Virus record (IMG/VR): IMGVR_UViG_3300024187_000012
Span: 1-44,667 of that record
Reading direction: 5' to 3' (one strand)
From: a virus
Taxonomy: Duplodnaviria; Caudoviricetes
DNA: 44,667 nt
In this document: piece by piece, positions 24,786 to 35,200 of the stretch
Layout: each line of letters begins with the position of its first letter
Position numbering within the stretch: position 1 is the first letter of the stretch
Notes under the pieces: model-generated
Databases searched by the model: none
The model's input: the letters and a program-made list of their open reading frames with translations, nothing else
Told to the model about the DNA's origin: nothing
Program-made: the position numbers and the translations under genes

Positions 24786-25798
24786 CCGACACCACTGCTG
24801 CCGCCGCTGTTGTCACCACTGCTGCTGCTGCCGTCGCTGCTGCTTCCACCACCGCCGCCACCACCACTGGTGTCGCCGCCTCCACTGGTGTCGCCGCCCC
24901 CGCCACCGAAGCCACCAACAGCACCTCCGCCGAAGCCCTGCGCGCCGCCGGTATTGCTCATCGAGCCGCTGCCTTCGTAGCCGCCAGTCGCGCCAAAGCC
25001 ACTAAAGCCGCCGCCCGGCTGGCCACCCATTGCATTGAGGTCGGCTACGCTGCCGGAGACCTGTCCCATGATGTCGCCGACAAGACCGGCGTTGCCTGGG
25101 TCGTAGCCGCCGCCGCCCGGCGACACGGCAGCTCCTCCACTTGGAGCTGGACCCGATACGGCCGCGCCGCCCTTACCGCCGCCCATGGCGCCAAGATCAG
25201 CCAGGGAGCCGCTGACCTGCCCCATGATGTCGCCGACAAGGCTGGCATTGCCCGGATCAAAGTTTCCCGGCGAGCCTGTCGGCGTGACGGCCGCGCCCGC
25301 GAACGCATCGAACTGATCCCCGAGAACCCCAGCCTTCCCGGGTGTTCCGAAATTCGGACCGCTGTACTGCTGTCCAGGCTGAGTAGCGCCGGGAGCCGTG
25401 ACCGCCGTTGTTGTCACCGCATTTTCGCTTATCGGACTGTTTGTCGCACTCTGCGACAACGCGCCAAAGCCCGGGCCACTGAGCGGGCCAGTGATGGCGT
25501 TGCCCTGTGTATTCGAAGCAAAATCGCGTCCTGCAGTTTGCGCTGCCGCCGCCATTGCGGCCGCGTCCCGGCCGGCCTGAGCTTGGGATGCCTCACTGGT
25601 ATCGCGCCCTGTACCGCCAAACGGGCTGACGCTCGTAAAACCGGGCTCGGTAAAAGTGGGAGATGCCATGGCAGGGTCGGCAGGGGCGGTAGGATCAGCC
25701 GCCGCAGGATCGTAATCGACAGGTTGGTTCATCGCGAGAATGCGCGCGAGGTCATCGCGCGAAACCGGGGCGGAGGGAGAAACCTCGGGATAAAGCAT
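24782..25798 (-). CDS. Low-complexity Gly/Ser-rich protein with internal duplication, partial paralog of 15670..16332
   Basis: RDDLARILAM N-terminus; two copies of [FY]DPGNAxLVGDIMGQVSGSxADLxAMGG; C-terminal SSDGSSSSGDNSGGSSGVG. Confidence 0.8.
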   Translation of the reverse strand: MLYPEVSPSAPVSRDDLARILAMNQPVDYDPAAADPTAPADPAMASPTFTEPGFTSVSPFGGTGRDTSEASQAQAGRDAAAMAAAAQTAGRDFASNTQGNAITGPLSGPGFGALSQSATNSPISENAVTTTAVTAPGATQPGQQYSGPNFGTPGKAGVLGDQFDAFAGAAVTPTGSPGNFDPGNASLVGDIMGQVSGSLADLGAMGGGKGGAAVSGPAPSGGAAVSPGGGGYDPGNAGLVGDIMGQVSGSVADLNAMGGQPGGGFSGFGATGGYEGSGSMSNTGGAQGFGGGAVGGFGGGGGDTSGGGDTSGGGGGGGSSSDGSSSSGDNSGGSSGVG

Positions 25799-26253
25799 CA
25801 GGATGACCCCAGGCCCGTGCCAGTGTTCATGTCGATCTTCTGCTGCTGCATCTGCTGCATGATCTGGTTCGCCAGATCGTCACGGGTCGGCATCTGACCG
25901 CCAATCGGCCCGCGCTGAAAATCCGCAGCACTTTGCTGCTGCGGCTGTGCAGCAGGCGTGACAGCGCCGGGTGCAGGGCCGCCCTGGGGCTGGACAGTCA
26001 CGTTGGGGCCGGGCGTATAGACTTGATTTTGCGCGGCTGCCTGCAGCAAGGCCGGATCGACTGACGTCATCTGCGGAAAGCCGGCGCTCACGCCGGTCTG
26101 GGGCGTTTGCACCTGATATCGCTCGATCTGGGACCTTGGCCACGTTCCGGCGCGCGGAGCTTGCCAATCCACCACGTCCTGGGCCGATTGCGCGTCGCCG
26201 GGAATGTAGGGCGGGGCAAACACACTGCCGAGTGCATTTCTGGGAAGCGCCAT
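25798..26253 (-). CDS. Gln/Pro-rich putative internal virion protein (151 aa)
   Basis: AGGAG RBS, ATG at 26253; RNALGSVF at the N-terminus, RDDLANQIM near the C-terminus. Confidence 0.75.
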   Translation of the reverse strand: MALPRNALGSVFAPPYIPGDAQSAQDVVDWQAPRAGTWPRSQIERYQVQTPQTGVSAGFPQMTSVDPALLQAAAQNQVYTPGPNVTVQPQGGPAPGAVTPAAQPQQQSAADFQRGPIGGQMPTRDDLANQIMQQMQQQKIDMNTGTGLGSS

Positions 26254-26261
26254 GATGGCTC

Positions 26262-28031
26262 CTATACGGCAATGCCGGCTTTCGCGGCCAACATGCTGAT
26301 GCCGAGCATTTCGACGTCCGGCCGCGGAATTTGAAAGACCGACACTTGTACGACCGGGGCGTGCGACCAGCCAGTCTCCCCAATCGAGACCCACATCGTT
26401 GTCCGCGGCGGCCCGCTAGAGGCGCTGGGCTGATCCCAGCGCGCGGCACCGGCCTCCGGCGTCGGGACCGGAAGCGGATCTGGCGGAACGACCGGGCCAC
26501 TCGATCCCCACAGGCCCTCATCCCACACCTCGGACGGGGCAGAAAGCGTCCCGGCCGGCGGCGGCGGCGGAATGTCTATGCTGTAGTTGACGCAGGCCGA
26601 GACGGACGGAATGAACGTATCATTCGCGCGCCCGAAAAACGCACAGCGCGCCTGCGTCAGTGTGAACGTGACAGGCGGCTCGCCGAACGTTTCCCAGCCC
26701 CCGACATAGGTGCAGGTGTAGGCCCGCAGCGGGTACGCAGTGCTTCCCTCCACGGCCGGCAAGATCGGGCGCACGGCACTGTAGTCGGATCCACCAAAAT
26801 CGGCCTGCACGATGCGACCGTCCTGCGTGCTAAAGTACATATTGCCGGAAAGGACGCAAAACTGCAGGGCATCCCAGCCCCGATACAGCGACCAGGCGCC
26901 AGTCACCGTATTGGCAACGAGGCAGCGCCAGTCACCTTCCAAGCCACCCGGCAAGGTAACGAACAAGGCGCCTAAGTCGTCCCACTTGCACATGCTCCAG
27001 GGCCGGTCCTCCTTGTCCAGGACTTCCTGCTGCCAGAGCGGATGAACGACGCGCGTAAGGGCCGAAAATTCCAGTGCGGCGACGTCCTTCGTCTGCACCT
27101 GACTTATCGGCACCAGACCATCCACCGTGATGATCAGAACGTCGCCGCCAATGTTCAGCCATGAATTCTTTCCCATCGGTCGCGACATCTGATAGCGCCC
27201 TTGTTGGCGCCAGTTCGCAACGTCGCTCGGATTGGTGCCGCTAAAGATCGCGACCTCGCCCTCAGTCGTGACGAAGATACACTTGTCGTCAATGCCATCC
27301 CCGGCGGAGACCGACCAAGTGCAGCCGAACAGCAGCGTGCCGCCCTTGTTGAATGAACCGGAGAGCGGAATATTCAGCAGCGCGCCGCCAACGGCGTCAA
27401 TGTCGAGATACCACGCATTCATGCTGCCGCCCTGAATGAAGAACAGGCGGCGCCGATACTTCCAGACTTGCGTGAGACCGTGCCCGTCCACGACGGGAGT
27501 GCCAACCGGACCGGTAATTCTTCCCGGCTGCCCAACCGGCGGCGTGTAGGCCGGGACCAACTGCACCCAGCTGGTACCATTGAAGCGCAACGGATAGTCG
27601 CCAGTGTCATTGACCGCAAGCAGCCAGTCACCGCCGGCGTTGGAGAATTGCGCGGTCGAGAAGTAACCGTCAGCGAGCGTGACCCCGGTAACGAGTGCCG
27701 CCGTTGCCGATGTCACGTCGTAAAGCTTATGGGCGTTCGTGGCGAACAGCTTGCGCAGCGTGCCGGTGACGAAATTAAACAGCGACTGCACTGGAGTGGT
27801 TTCGGGCAGCGAGCACCACGTCTGCGAGCCCCCGCGCAAGCGAATGGATTTTTCCGTCGTGAACCAGTTGTCCAGCACCAGGGCCGCGGACGGCTGCATG
27901 AAGGCCGGGTTTTCGTTCAGGATCAGGCCGCGCGTCGGCGCCGAGATGGTCTTCGGGAGAACCTGCTGCGCAACTTCCGCAGGCGCCCCAAAGCGCCGAA
28001 ATTCGCGGTAATGCGGCAGGGATCGGCTCAT
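26262..28031 (-). CDS. Packaged-DNA stabilisation / nozzle protein (P22 gp10-like)
   Basis: APTRGL...LDNWF...RLRGG N-terminus; beta-propeller-like W/Y-rich strands; follows the adaptor gene. Confidence 0.8.
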   Translation of the reverse strand: MSRSLPHYREFRRFGAPAEVAQQVLPKTISAPTRGLILNENPAFMQPSAALVLDNWFTTEKSIRLRGGSQTWCSLPETTPVQSLFNFVTGTLRKLFATNAHKLYDVTSATAALVTGVTLADGYFSTAQFSNAGGDWLLAVNDTGDYPLRFNGTSWVQLVPAYTPPVGQPGRITGPVGTPVVDGHGLTQVWKYRRRLFFIQGGSMNAWYLDIDAVGGALLNIPLSGSFNKGGTLLFGCTWSVSAGDGIDDKCIFVTTEGEVAIFSGTNPSDVANWRQQGRYQMSRPMGKNSWLNIGGDVLIITVDGLVPISQVQTKDVAALEFSALTRVVHPLWQQEVLDKEDRPWSMCKWDDLGALFVTLPGGLEGDWRCLVANTVTGAWSLYRGWDALQFCVLSGNMYFSTQDGRIVQADFGGSDYSAVRPILPAVEGSTAYPLRAYTCTYVGGWETFGEPPVTFTLTQARCAFFGRANDTFIPSVSACVNYSIDIPPPPPAGTLSAPSEVWDEGLWGSSGPVVPPDPLPVPTPEAGAARWDQPSASSGPPRTTMWVSIGETGWSHAPVVQVSVFQIPRPDVEMLGISMLAAKAGIAV

Positions 28032-28762
28032 GGCCCAGGCCCAACGAAAGTGCTCCCAGCAGGCGTCGGACCCCAATAAGCAATGGTCGCGTCGGAAGAG
28101 ATCGGATAACGGCCAACGATGATCGGCGCCGGCTTGTCGTTACCAGCTACCCGGGACAGAGCGTCCTCGTAGTTGGCAAGGTCCTCGGCGTAACTCGCTC
28201 CCTTGTTCGCCTTCCACTGCCAGATCATGCCGAGCTTGAGCAACCGCTCTGGCAGCACGAAGGTGTCGGCATCGTTCAAGAATTGCGTGCCGAAGCCGCC
28301 GCTGGTCAGGCTCACGCACGTGTTGCGCAGGTAATAAAATTTAGCTTGTTCGGTTGGTGCGGCAAGCATCGGACGAATGTGTATCTCGTTGTTGAAGATA
28401 GTCCATTCGCCAACCGGGATGGTGCGGCCCTGCAGCTCTCCACGCAGCCAGTCGTCCGCGTCAGGAACGAAAGTCATCGGCGTTGTTGTGTTGGTCGATC
28501 GCCACACCTGCGAAGTCAGCAGCATGCGATGATAGTCAGCCGGCAATGGGTGATTTATTTCCCCATTAAAGCCTATGGTGCAGAGCTGACGCAGTGTCGT
28601 CCAGTCGCGCGTGTCGTAAGCAATGCGCTGTGCCATTTCATTGGCGAGCTGGACGAATTCCCAAGCAGTGCGGTCGACGTAGGGGGAGAGAAAAACGCTG
28701 CCGCTCGGTGGCCTAACGCCGACAACCGCGCAAACCTCCCTGACGACCGACTGAACCGTCAT
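28028..28762 (-). CDS. Head-tail adaptor protein
   Basis: Position after the capsid region; DW..L...LPADYHRM...D...LPERLLKLG.IWQWK..KG..YAED pattern. Confidence 0.75.
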   Translation of the reverse strand: MTVQSVVREVCAVVGVRPPSGSVFLSPYVDRTAWEFVQLANEMAQRIAYDTRDWTTLRQLCTIGFNGEINHPLPADYHRMLLTSQVWRSTNTTTPMTFVPDADDWLRGELQGRTIPVGEWTIFNNEIHIRPMLAAPTEQAKFYYLRNTCVSLTSGGFGTQFLNDADTFVLPERLLKLGMIWQWKANKGASYAEDLANYEDALSRVAGNDKPAPIIVGRYPISSDATIAYWGPTPAGSTFVGPGP

Positions 28763-29571
28763 CTACCGATTTCCTGCGCCATGCGCGTCAAGGTCCGCAT
28801 TGACGGGTTGCCGACCGGGCGCTTCCCGGTCTTCTCGATGATGAGCGCGCGCAGCTCGTCACGGCTCATGCCGATCAGCTCGGCGGCAACGTTTGGTCCG
28901 GGCGGGACCGTGCGCTCGTCCTCGCCCTCGCCGTCCTCCGGCTCCTCGTCTTCCGGCTCGCCGACGGGCTCGGGCGGGACCGGCGGACGCACCGGGTCTT
29001 TCGGAGGCGGTTCAAGAGAGCTGCTGGCCAACTGCTTGTCTTCCTGCAGGACGCGGATCTGCGCCAGCAGGGCATCAATCTGGACCTGCTGCTTCATGAT
29101 CATGGCGTCGTGGCCGGACGTGGCCAAGTAATCGATGGCCTTGTTCTTCATGTCGCGGCCGCCAATGCCAAGGTTCTTCAGTGGCTGGCCGTCGAGCTCG
29201 GCGAGTGCCTCGATGGTGTAGATATTCAGTGCACGGAGCTCGGCCCGCTTCGCGTCCGTCAAAAAAGGAACATAATCGAGCGGCGTTCCTGATTTGGTCT
29301 GCTGCTTCTTGGCCAGGAACTGCTGGTATTGGCGCGGAAACCGCTCCGCATAGGTCAAATTCTGCTGTTCGCCAGTCTCTTCGTCGACTTCCCAGTGCGA
29401 TCGCTCCTGGACGAGATGCACCGTGCTGTCCTTCGATCCGGCAATGCGGATCTCGCACACATCGGTATCCTGGAAGATCGGCCTTCCGGCCGCGATGCTC
29501 TTGCGCTCGTCCTTGAACGCCATCGTTTTGAAAAACGGCGTAATGCCTGCGGATCTGGTTCCGAGAGCCAT
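28759..29571 (-). CDS. Conserved hypothetical protein downstream of the capsid gene
   Basis: GGAGG RBS; RFP.QY..F...GTPL...L.ALNIYTIEALA core; C-terminal HeH/SAP-like SRDELRALI...GNPS..TL. Confidence 0.75.
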   Translation of the reverse strand: MALGTRSAGITPFFKTMAFKDERKSIAAGRPIFQDTDVCEIRIAGSKDSTVHLVQERSHWEVDEETGEQQNLTYAERFPRQYQQFLAKKQQTKSGTPLDYVPFLTDAKRAELRALNIYTIEALAELDGQPLKNLGIGGRDMKNKAIDYLATSGHDAMIMKQQVQIDALLAQIRVLQEDKQLASSSLEPPPKDPVRPPVPPEPVGEPEDEEPEDGEGEDERTVPPGPNVAAELIGMSRDELRALIIEKTGKRPVGNPSMRTLTRMAQEIGR

Positions 29572-29582
29572 GTAGTTCCTCC

Positions 29583-29618
29583 AAAAAAGCCGGGAGCCCC
29601 GAGGGCGAGGCTCCCGGT
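29583..29618 (-). terminator. Rho-independent terminator after the major capsid gene
   Basis: Minus strand ACCGGGAGCC-TCGCCCTCGG-GGCTCCCGGC-TTTTTT. Confidence 0.85.
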
Positions 29619-29630
29619 CGGCAAGACTGA

Positions 29631-30686
29631 TTACGGGGTCGTATCAGTAAAGCGCCAGTTAAACATCGGATTAGTCATAGTAAGTTCGCCCATCCACCCA
29701 ATAAATTGGGCGATCGCGTCCTTGTCAATTGGCATCTGACCTTCACCCTTGAACAGTCTATCGAAGTTTCTGTTTGGGTTATACCTGATGCGCAAAGTAT
29801 CCGTGTTGAGGCCGAACGTCGTATCGTTCGGCATGTTGCTGCCGATGCCGCCGTCGAGCACGATTTCTGCCCTCTTGCCGCCGCCGATGTACTCCAGCGA
29901 CGTGAAGCCGAGCTTGCCGAGACTGGTTTCGTTATTGATGCGCTGGATCGCAACTGTAGCAGCGTCATACGCGGCGTAGTGTTCCGGGGACATGATCAGC
30001 AGATCGGCGTACTGCTTGCCGCGGCTCTGCTTGGTCATGATGTAGTTCAGCATCGGGCGGATCGAGGTCGACGTGACTGCCGTGCCAAGCGCCGCAGGAA
30101 GGCCTGGGAGCGTCGTTCCGGCGAGAGCCTGCGCATCGTAGGTCGTGGTGCGCCAAATCGCGCTGTTGGCCTGCGTGCGGTCAATGCCGGCATACGTGCC
30201 GGTCGCGACCAGGATCGGAATGGCCGCCGCCAGGCCGGTCAGTTGCTTGCCGCCGAAGGCCGTCCCGTTGCTGTAGATCGCGGCGTCCATGGTGTCTTCG
30301 AGCGAACGCTCCGCGGCGTCCATGTACGCTTCCAGAGTGTCGATGATCTGCGCGTCGCCCTCGTTGTTGAGGATTTCCTGCATCGACAGGATGACAGGCA
30401 CCACAACCATTTTAGGCGAATAGAATACATCGTTGAACAAATCCAACGCTGGGTTGAGTAACTGATCGTATCCAGAATACCACTGAGCGTCTTGCTTGTT
30501 GATCTGCAAGGTTTGGCGAATGCGCGGGCCAGAATAAGTGCGCCACAAACCTTTGCGCCTCAACACCGCAAGCATCGCGTTGTTGTTGGATACAAGATCC
30601 TCATAGCTCGAAGACCTGTCTTCCAAGGCCATCGAGAGTACCTGATGATAGTGGACGTCAGCCTGAAGGTTAGCGAGAACGGCCAT
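29631..30686 (-). CDS. Major capsid protein
   Basis: 351 aa, after the scaffold gene and before a terminator; WYSGYD.L, E...N.G..QIID..E, L.GL, YAGIDR...WR, W.GELT..N motifs. Confidence 0.9.
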   Translation of the reverse strand: MAVLANLQADVHYHQVLSMALEDRSSSYEDLVSNNNAMLAVLRRKGLWRTYSGPRIRQTLQINKQDAQWYSGYDQLLNPALDLFNDVFYSPKMVVVPVILSMQEILNNEGDAQIIDTLEAYMDAAERSLEDTMDAAIYSNGTAFGGKQLTGLAAAIPILVATGTYAGIDRTQANSAIWRTTTYDAQALAGTTLPGLPAALGTAVTSTSIRPMLNYIMTKQSRGKQYADLLIMSPEHYAAYDAATVAIQRINNETSLGKLGFTSLEYIGGGKRAEIVLDGGIGSNMPNDTTFGLNTDTLRIRYNPNRNFDRLFKGEGQMPIDKDAIAQFIGWMGELTMTNPMFNWRFTDTTP

Positions 30687-30689
30687 GGC

Positions 30690-31910
30690 CTAAACCCCTG
30701 ATCTGACCCTGCGAAGGGCGGTTGATAGGGCCTCGCGATTGGATCCTGATTTTTTCGGTGTCCGATACGAGGCGGCGGCGCCATTTGTCGGGGCGCCTGA
30801 AATTGAGCGATCGATCTCGTCTCGGGTCTGAGCCGACGTGTTGCGGGTCTGAGCCGCCTGTGTTGACCCGTTGCCGGGTCGAAGCTTCATCGCGCGTTCA
30901 TACGCTACATGCAGCGGATAACCGTGATCCAGCTCCTGCTTGATGAGATCGCTCCTCTCATCAAAACCAGGATGGCTGTCCGCAAACTGATCGATCATTG
31001 ATCGGGATTGCGAGAAGCGCTGCTGATATTGCATCTGTTGAAAGTGAGTTGCAAGCCTCTGCTGCTCCTGCTGGATCTGCTGCAGCTGGGCGTGCTGCGC
31101 TTGGGCATAATTACCCTGCTGCGTCAGCCGGCGCTGCTCCGGCGACTGCTGCAGGTAAGCTGATGCCACGTCATGGGCCGTAACCCGGCGACCGTCCGGG
31201 TGCTGCATGCCGAGATTGTGGATGATCAGCTCCAGGCCGCCGAACAGGTCGCCGCGCAGCTTGCGCTCCATGCCGGTGTAATTGTCGAGGACTGTGCGCA
31301 GGTTGGTGCCGTCCTGGCGTGCCTGATGGTAGTAGTCCCCCACCTCCTGGAAGGCTTCGGCCACTTGGCGATATTGCTGAATGCCCTGCTCGTATTGCCG
31401 CATCACCAAATCTGTGGCGCCGCGGACGCTCTCGGGAACGCCAGCCCAGTCCGCCTTGGCGGCATCGGAGAACCGCGCCGGCGGCTCCCGGTACGGCGCA
31501 GTTTCGGCCAGGGGGGCGTAGCGCTGGGCTGGCTGCTCCCCTGGCCGGCCGGCCTCAGCCGCGGGAGGCGCTTCGGCCGACTTCGCGGACACAAAGCGTC
31601 CGCGATCCCTGGGTCTCTCGGTTTTTTCCTGATCGGATTTTCCCCGATCTTCACCGGCAGTTTTCCCCTGCTCTTTAGCGTCCGTCGCGGCCTTGGTTTC
31701 GGCCGTCGCCTTGGCCTTCTCGAAGGCCTTCTCGACAGCCTGGCGGCGTCCAAGCGCACGCTCGGCGGCAATCTGGTCCGGCGACTTGTCCGGGGTCTGC
31801 TTGCCAACTTCTCCGACGCCACCTGCTGAACCTTGCTCAGGTATCGTCACTTCGGTCTGCGCCTGCGGAGCCGGCGCGTCGGGAACCGTCACTGTTGAAG
31901 TGTCGCTCAT
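30690..31910 (-). CDS. Capsid scaffolding protein
   Basis: Charged disordered N-terminus with RDRGRF; PPARFS..AKADW...P; Gln-rich coils; C-terminal RSISGAP...REAL..AL; directly upstream of the capsid gene. Confidence 0.8.
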   Translation of the reverse strand: MSDTSTVTVPDAPAPQAQTEVTIPEQGSAGGVGEVGKQTPDKSPDQIAAERALGRRQAVEKAFEKAKATAETKAATDAKEQGKTAGEDRGKSDQEKTERPRDRGRFVSAKSAEAPPAAEAGRPGEQPAQRYAPLAETAPYREPPARFSDAAKADWAGVPESVRGATDLVMRQYEQGIQQYRQVAEAFQEVGDYYHQARQDGTNLRTVLDNYTGMERKLRGDLFGGLELIIHNLGMQHPDGRRVTAHDVASAYLQQSPEQRRLTQQGNYAQAQHAQLQQIQQEQQRLATHFQQMQYQQRFSQSRSMIDQFADSHPGFDERSDLIKQELDHGYPLHVAYERAMKLRPGNGSTQAAQTRNTSAQTRDEIDRSISGAPTNGAAASYRTPKKSGSNREALSTALRRVRSGV

Positions 31911-32214
31911 AGTGTCCTGCCCTTACCTTCTCGATCGCAGTCTTGAGCACCTTCTTCCGGTTGCGCCGGAATTCCGGTTCAAGACTGGACCGCGTCTTCG
32001 GTTTGATCTTCTCGTTGCCGACTTCGGTCAATCCATGCGCGCGCGTCACGGCACGGAATGCCGCCTTGCTCTCGTAGAACCTGCCGTCGACGTGCTCGGC
32101 CGCCGGCATCGCGTCGCTGATCACGTATGGCAGCGGCAGTGCAGAGCGCGCGACCGGCGTTTGCTCGCGCACGAAGCGCCAGCGGTTGGGCGCGATTTCA
32201 ACCAGCTTGCTCAT
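31837..32214 (-). CDS. Conserved hypothetical head-region protein (125 aa)
   Basis: ATGA-coupled start at 32214; PYVISD...DGRFYESK..FR..TRAHG..EVGNE. Confidence 0.75.
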   Translation of the reverse strand: MSKLVEIAPNRWRFVREQTPVARSALPLPYVISDAMPAAEHVDGRFYESKAAFRAVTRAHGLTEVGNEKIKPKTRSSLEPEFRRNRKKVLKTAIEKVRAGHYERHFNSDGSRRAGSAGADRSDDT

Positions 32215-35200
32215 CCCTGATCCGTGATGACCTCGACCGAGAACACCGCCGCCGCAGCGGTTCCGCTCGTAACGACGCGATAGTTCCCCGGCACCCACAG
32301 CGCCTCGGTCTGACCCGGCAGCGTGTCAGCCGCAGCCACTGCAGTGCTTGACCAACTACTGACCGGATAGGTGTTGGCCGTCGCGTCGAACGTGCGCGTG
32401 CCGGTCTTGTTGAGATCGATGATCGGATGCCACGTTGTGTTGGAAAAGTCCGACATCTTGATAAGAATGTTGCTGGCTTGAAGATCGATGGATACCGAAG
32501 CCGCAGCAGCCGAAGGCGTCGTTACGATCACAACGATCTTCTTCACCCGGCCATAGACTTGCCAGTACTCGCTGGCGCCAATCAATCCGCTGTAGGTACG
32601 CTTGCTGTAGGAGTAGAGCGGCAGGCCCGCCGCCCCGGCGTTCGACAGGTCAACCACCTCGGGACAGCCGGTCACGCTGGTGAACGTGCAGATCGGCGCC
32701 GGATGCACGATCAAGCGCAATCCAAAGGACGGATTGTAAGACCGCGTCGGCCAACCCCCGCTGGCGGTAGTCGTGACGTACACATTGGTCGAGTCGTAGG
32801 TCACGTTGGTGATAGAGAACGACCCAATTGTCCCGACATTGGCATCGTAGAAAAACATCTTCGCGCCAATGACCGGCCACTGCTCGATCCAGCCGTAAGC
32901 CTTATAACTCAGCGGGATCGTAATCACCCCGCCCGACTTGGTGAACTCAGTGTTGACGCCAACACTGGAACTGGTCCCGCCAATGATCACATGGCCGCTC
33001 TCATGCGTCGTCACAGCGCCGAAATTCTTCACCTGACTGCTGGTCACGACCAACTCGTTGCAATACCCGTAAGTCGCGCTTGGCGTCAGTATGCCTATGC
33101 CGGATATCGTTCCGACCGTGCTGCCATTGCGGATCGTGCATTTGTATGGCGTACCCGTGATGGAATACCTGATGTCGGTATCGTCTGCGATAAACGCCGT
33201 TACGCTCGCACTCTGGAATGAAAGCCCGCCCCAGTCGCATCCGTTCATCGTGAATGCCGTAATGAGTTTGTCGACCTCCATGGTGCAGAGAATGCCGAGA
33301 CATGTATTGAGCGTCACTGCCTTACACATCGTAACGTGCGGCCCCCAGATGCTCTCGAAAGTACAACCATTCAATGTCAGGTTAAGACCCGTCATCCCCA
33401 TCTGTGGATGGTGCGCAATGGTCAGGTTGTTGAGGACAGCAGTGTGATCAAACTTGGCATCAAACGCGTAAAGCGTCGCTGGACCTCCTGACGTATACTG
33501 CCCATTCTCGGGAGGGGGCGTCGTCCCCGTCTCGTCTAAATACAACGGCCACGTCGAGAAATACGAATTCACCAACGGGCTCAAGAAAGTAATCTTGCCA
33601 TACGTAGGACTGAGCGTATCGCTGTCGATCGCCGTGATGAAGACGTACTCGAACCGTTGGTGATTGCTCGGGTAGCCGCCGTATTGCAACCCAAACCCGG
33701 TCATCAGCGCGTATTGCCCAATCGTGAACCGCGACACGTAGGCAGGCGTCGAGAGCGTAACCGAAGTCGCCCCCGCAGACACATTCGCCGTATAGGCGGA
33801 ATGCCCATAGAATTGACTCTGACCGAATGATCCCAATGCAAACGCACCGCCGCAGATCGTGGCTCCTGTCGCATTGACCGTGATGTTCTTGATGCCATTG
33901 AACAGCGGACCAAAGTTGCCGCTGGCAATGAGATAGTTCCCAGCCGGAATCGTCAGCGTGACAGCCTGACCCTGATACGCCAATCGGAACGTCTCGAACG
34001 GGCCATTGACGCCACCATCCGCAAGTGACTTGCCGTTGTTGGTACCCCACGCCACGATCACGTTCGGCTCGGACGATAACGGCCAACTGGCGTTGTTAGC
34101 CAAGGTAACCGACGTAGAACTGTTGAACGCGGTGATTGTCGATATCAGCACACTGCCGCCGCCCGGCTCGGCGCTGTGGCTCCCGGCAAAGCCTACCACA
34201 ATCGTCTTGCCGACATCGCCCGATGACCAGATCGGGGTTGCGGACGTGAGTACATTCGTCGTGATGCTCAGCGTCGTCCGCGCCCACTGAGCATCACCAA
34301 CGGCGCCGTAATCCGTGACGATGTTTTTCGTTGTGCCGACGGCACCTCCCCCGCCCCAATTAGAGAAGCCAGCGGGCGGCGTGTAGGCGTATGACGTAGC
34401 GCCAAAGTTCGTCGTGCTGATCTGCTGTACGCCAACCGAATAAACAAGATGCTGCATCAGCGGAAAAAATGTCGTGCCGTTCATCACTGCGTTGATGGTC
34501 ACTCCGCCGACATTGGTGGCCGGATTTGCCGTGCCGCTATTGTTCCAGTTTCCAACCGTGGCACCAATGCAAGTGCGATACCAAAATTTGCGATTGTCCA
34601 GATCTATCGCCATGCAAACCGTGTTGCCTTCAACGAAGGTCTGGAAGGGTCCAGCGATTGCCGGAGATTGAGCAAAATCAAAAACATTCCCATCACCCGT
34701 CACACCAATTGAATGGCCTGTTCCACCTCCATTGATCCCATCGGTAAACGGACGGCCTGCCGCGACAATGCCGACACCCATGAAAGTGTTGAAACCATTA
34801 TCCTCGATAATAGCGTGTTCGCTGTAGTATTTTCCCGTCGAGGCGCTTGCTGTCGCCCGCGCGCCGTCATATGCAAAAGACCCGGTGGCGGAGGTAACCG
34901 TCAGATTGCCACCCGACAAAAAAACCGTGGACCCCTTGTCACTCGGATTCCACGTCGCACTGGCGCTTTCGACAACATCGAGCACGACGATGGTGAACAC
35001 CTTGTCGGCCGCTGCCGGCGTGATGCCAGTGACATGCACCGTGATGTTGAACGTCGGCGTCACCTCATAATCGATCCCGGCAGCCACGTTGAGCAACGCA
35101 CCGCTGATCGCGACCTTGCCGCCCCCGCTGTCGGTGAGCGTGTAGACCGGCGAACCGGTGAAGCTGTTGGCGATCGACAACGTGCCAATATTGACGCCAA

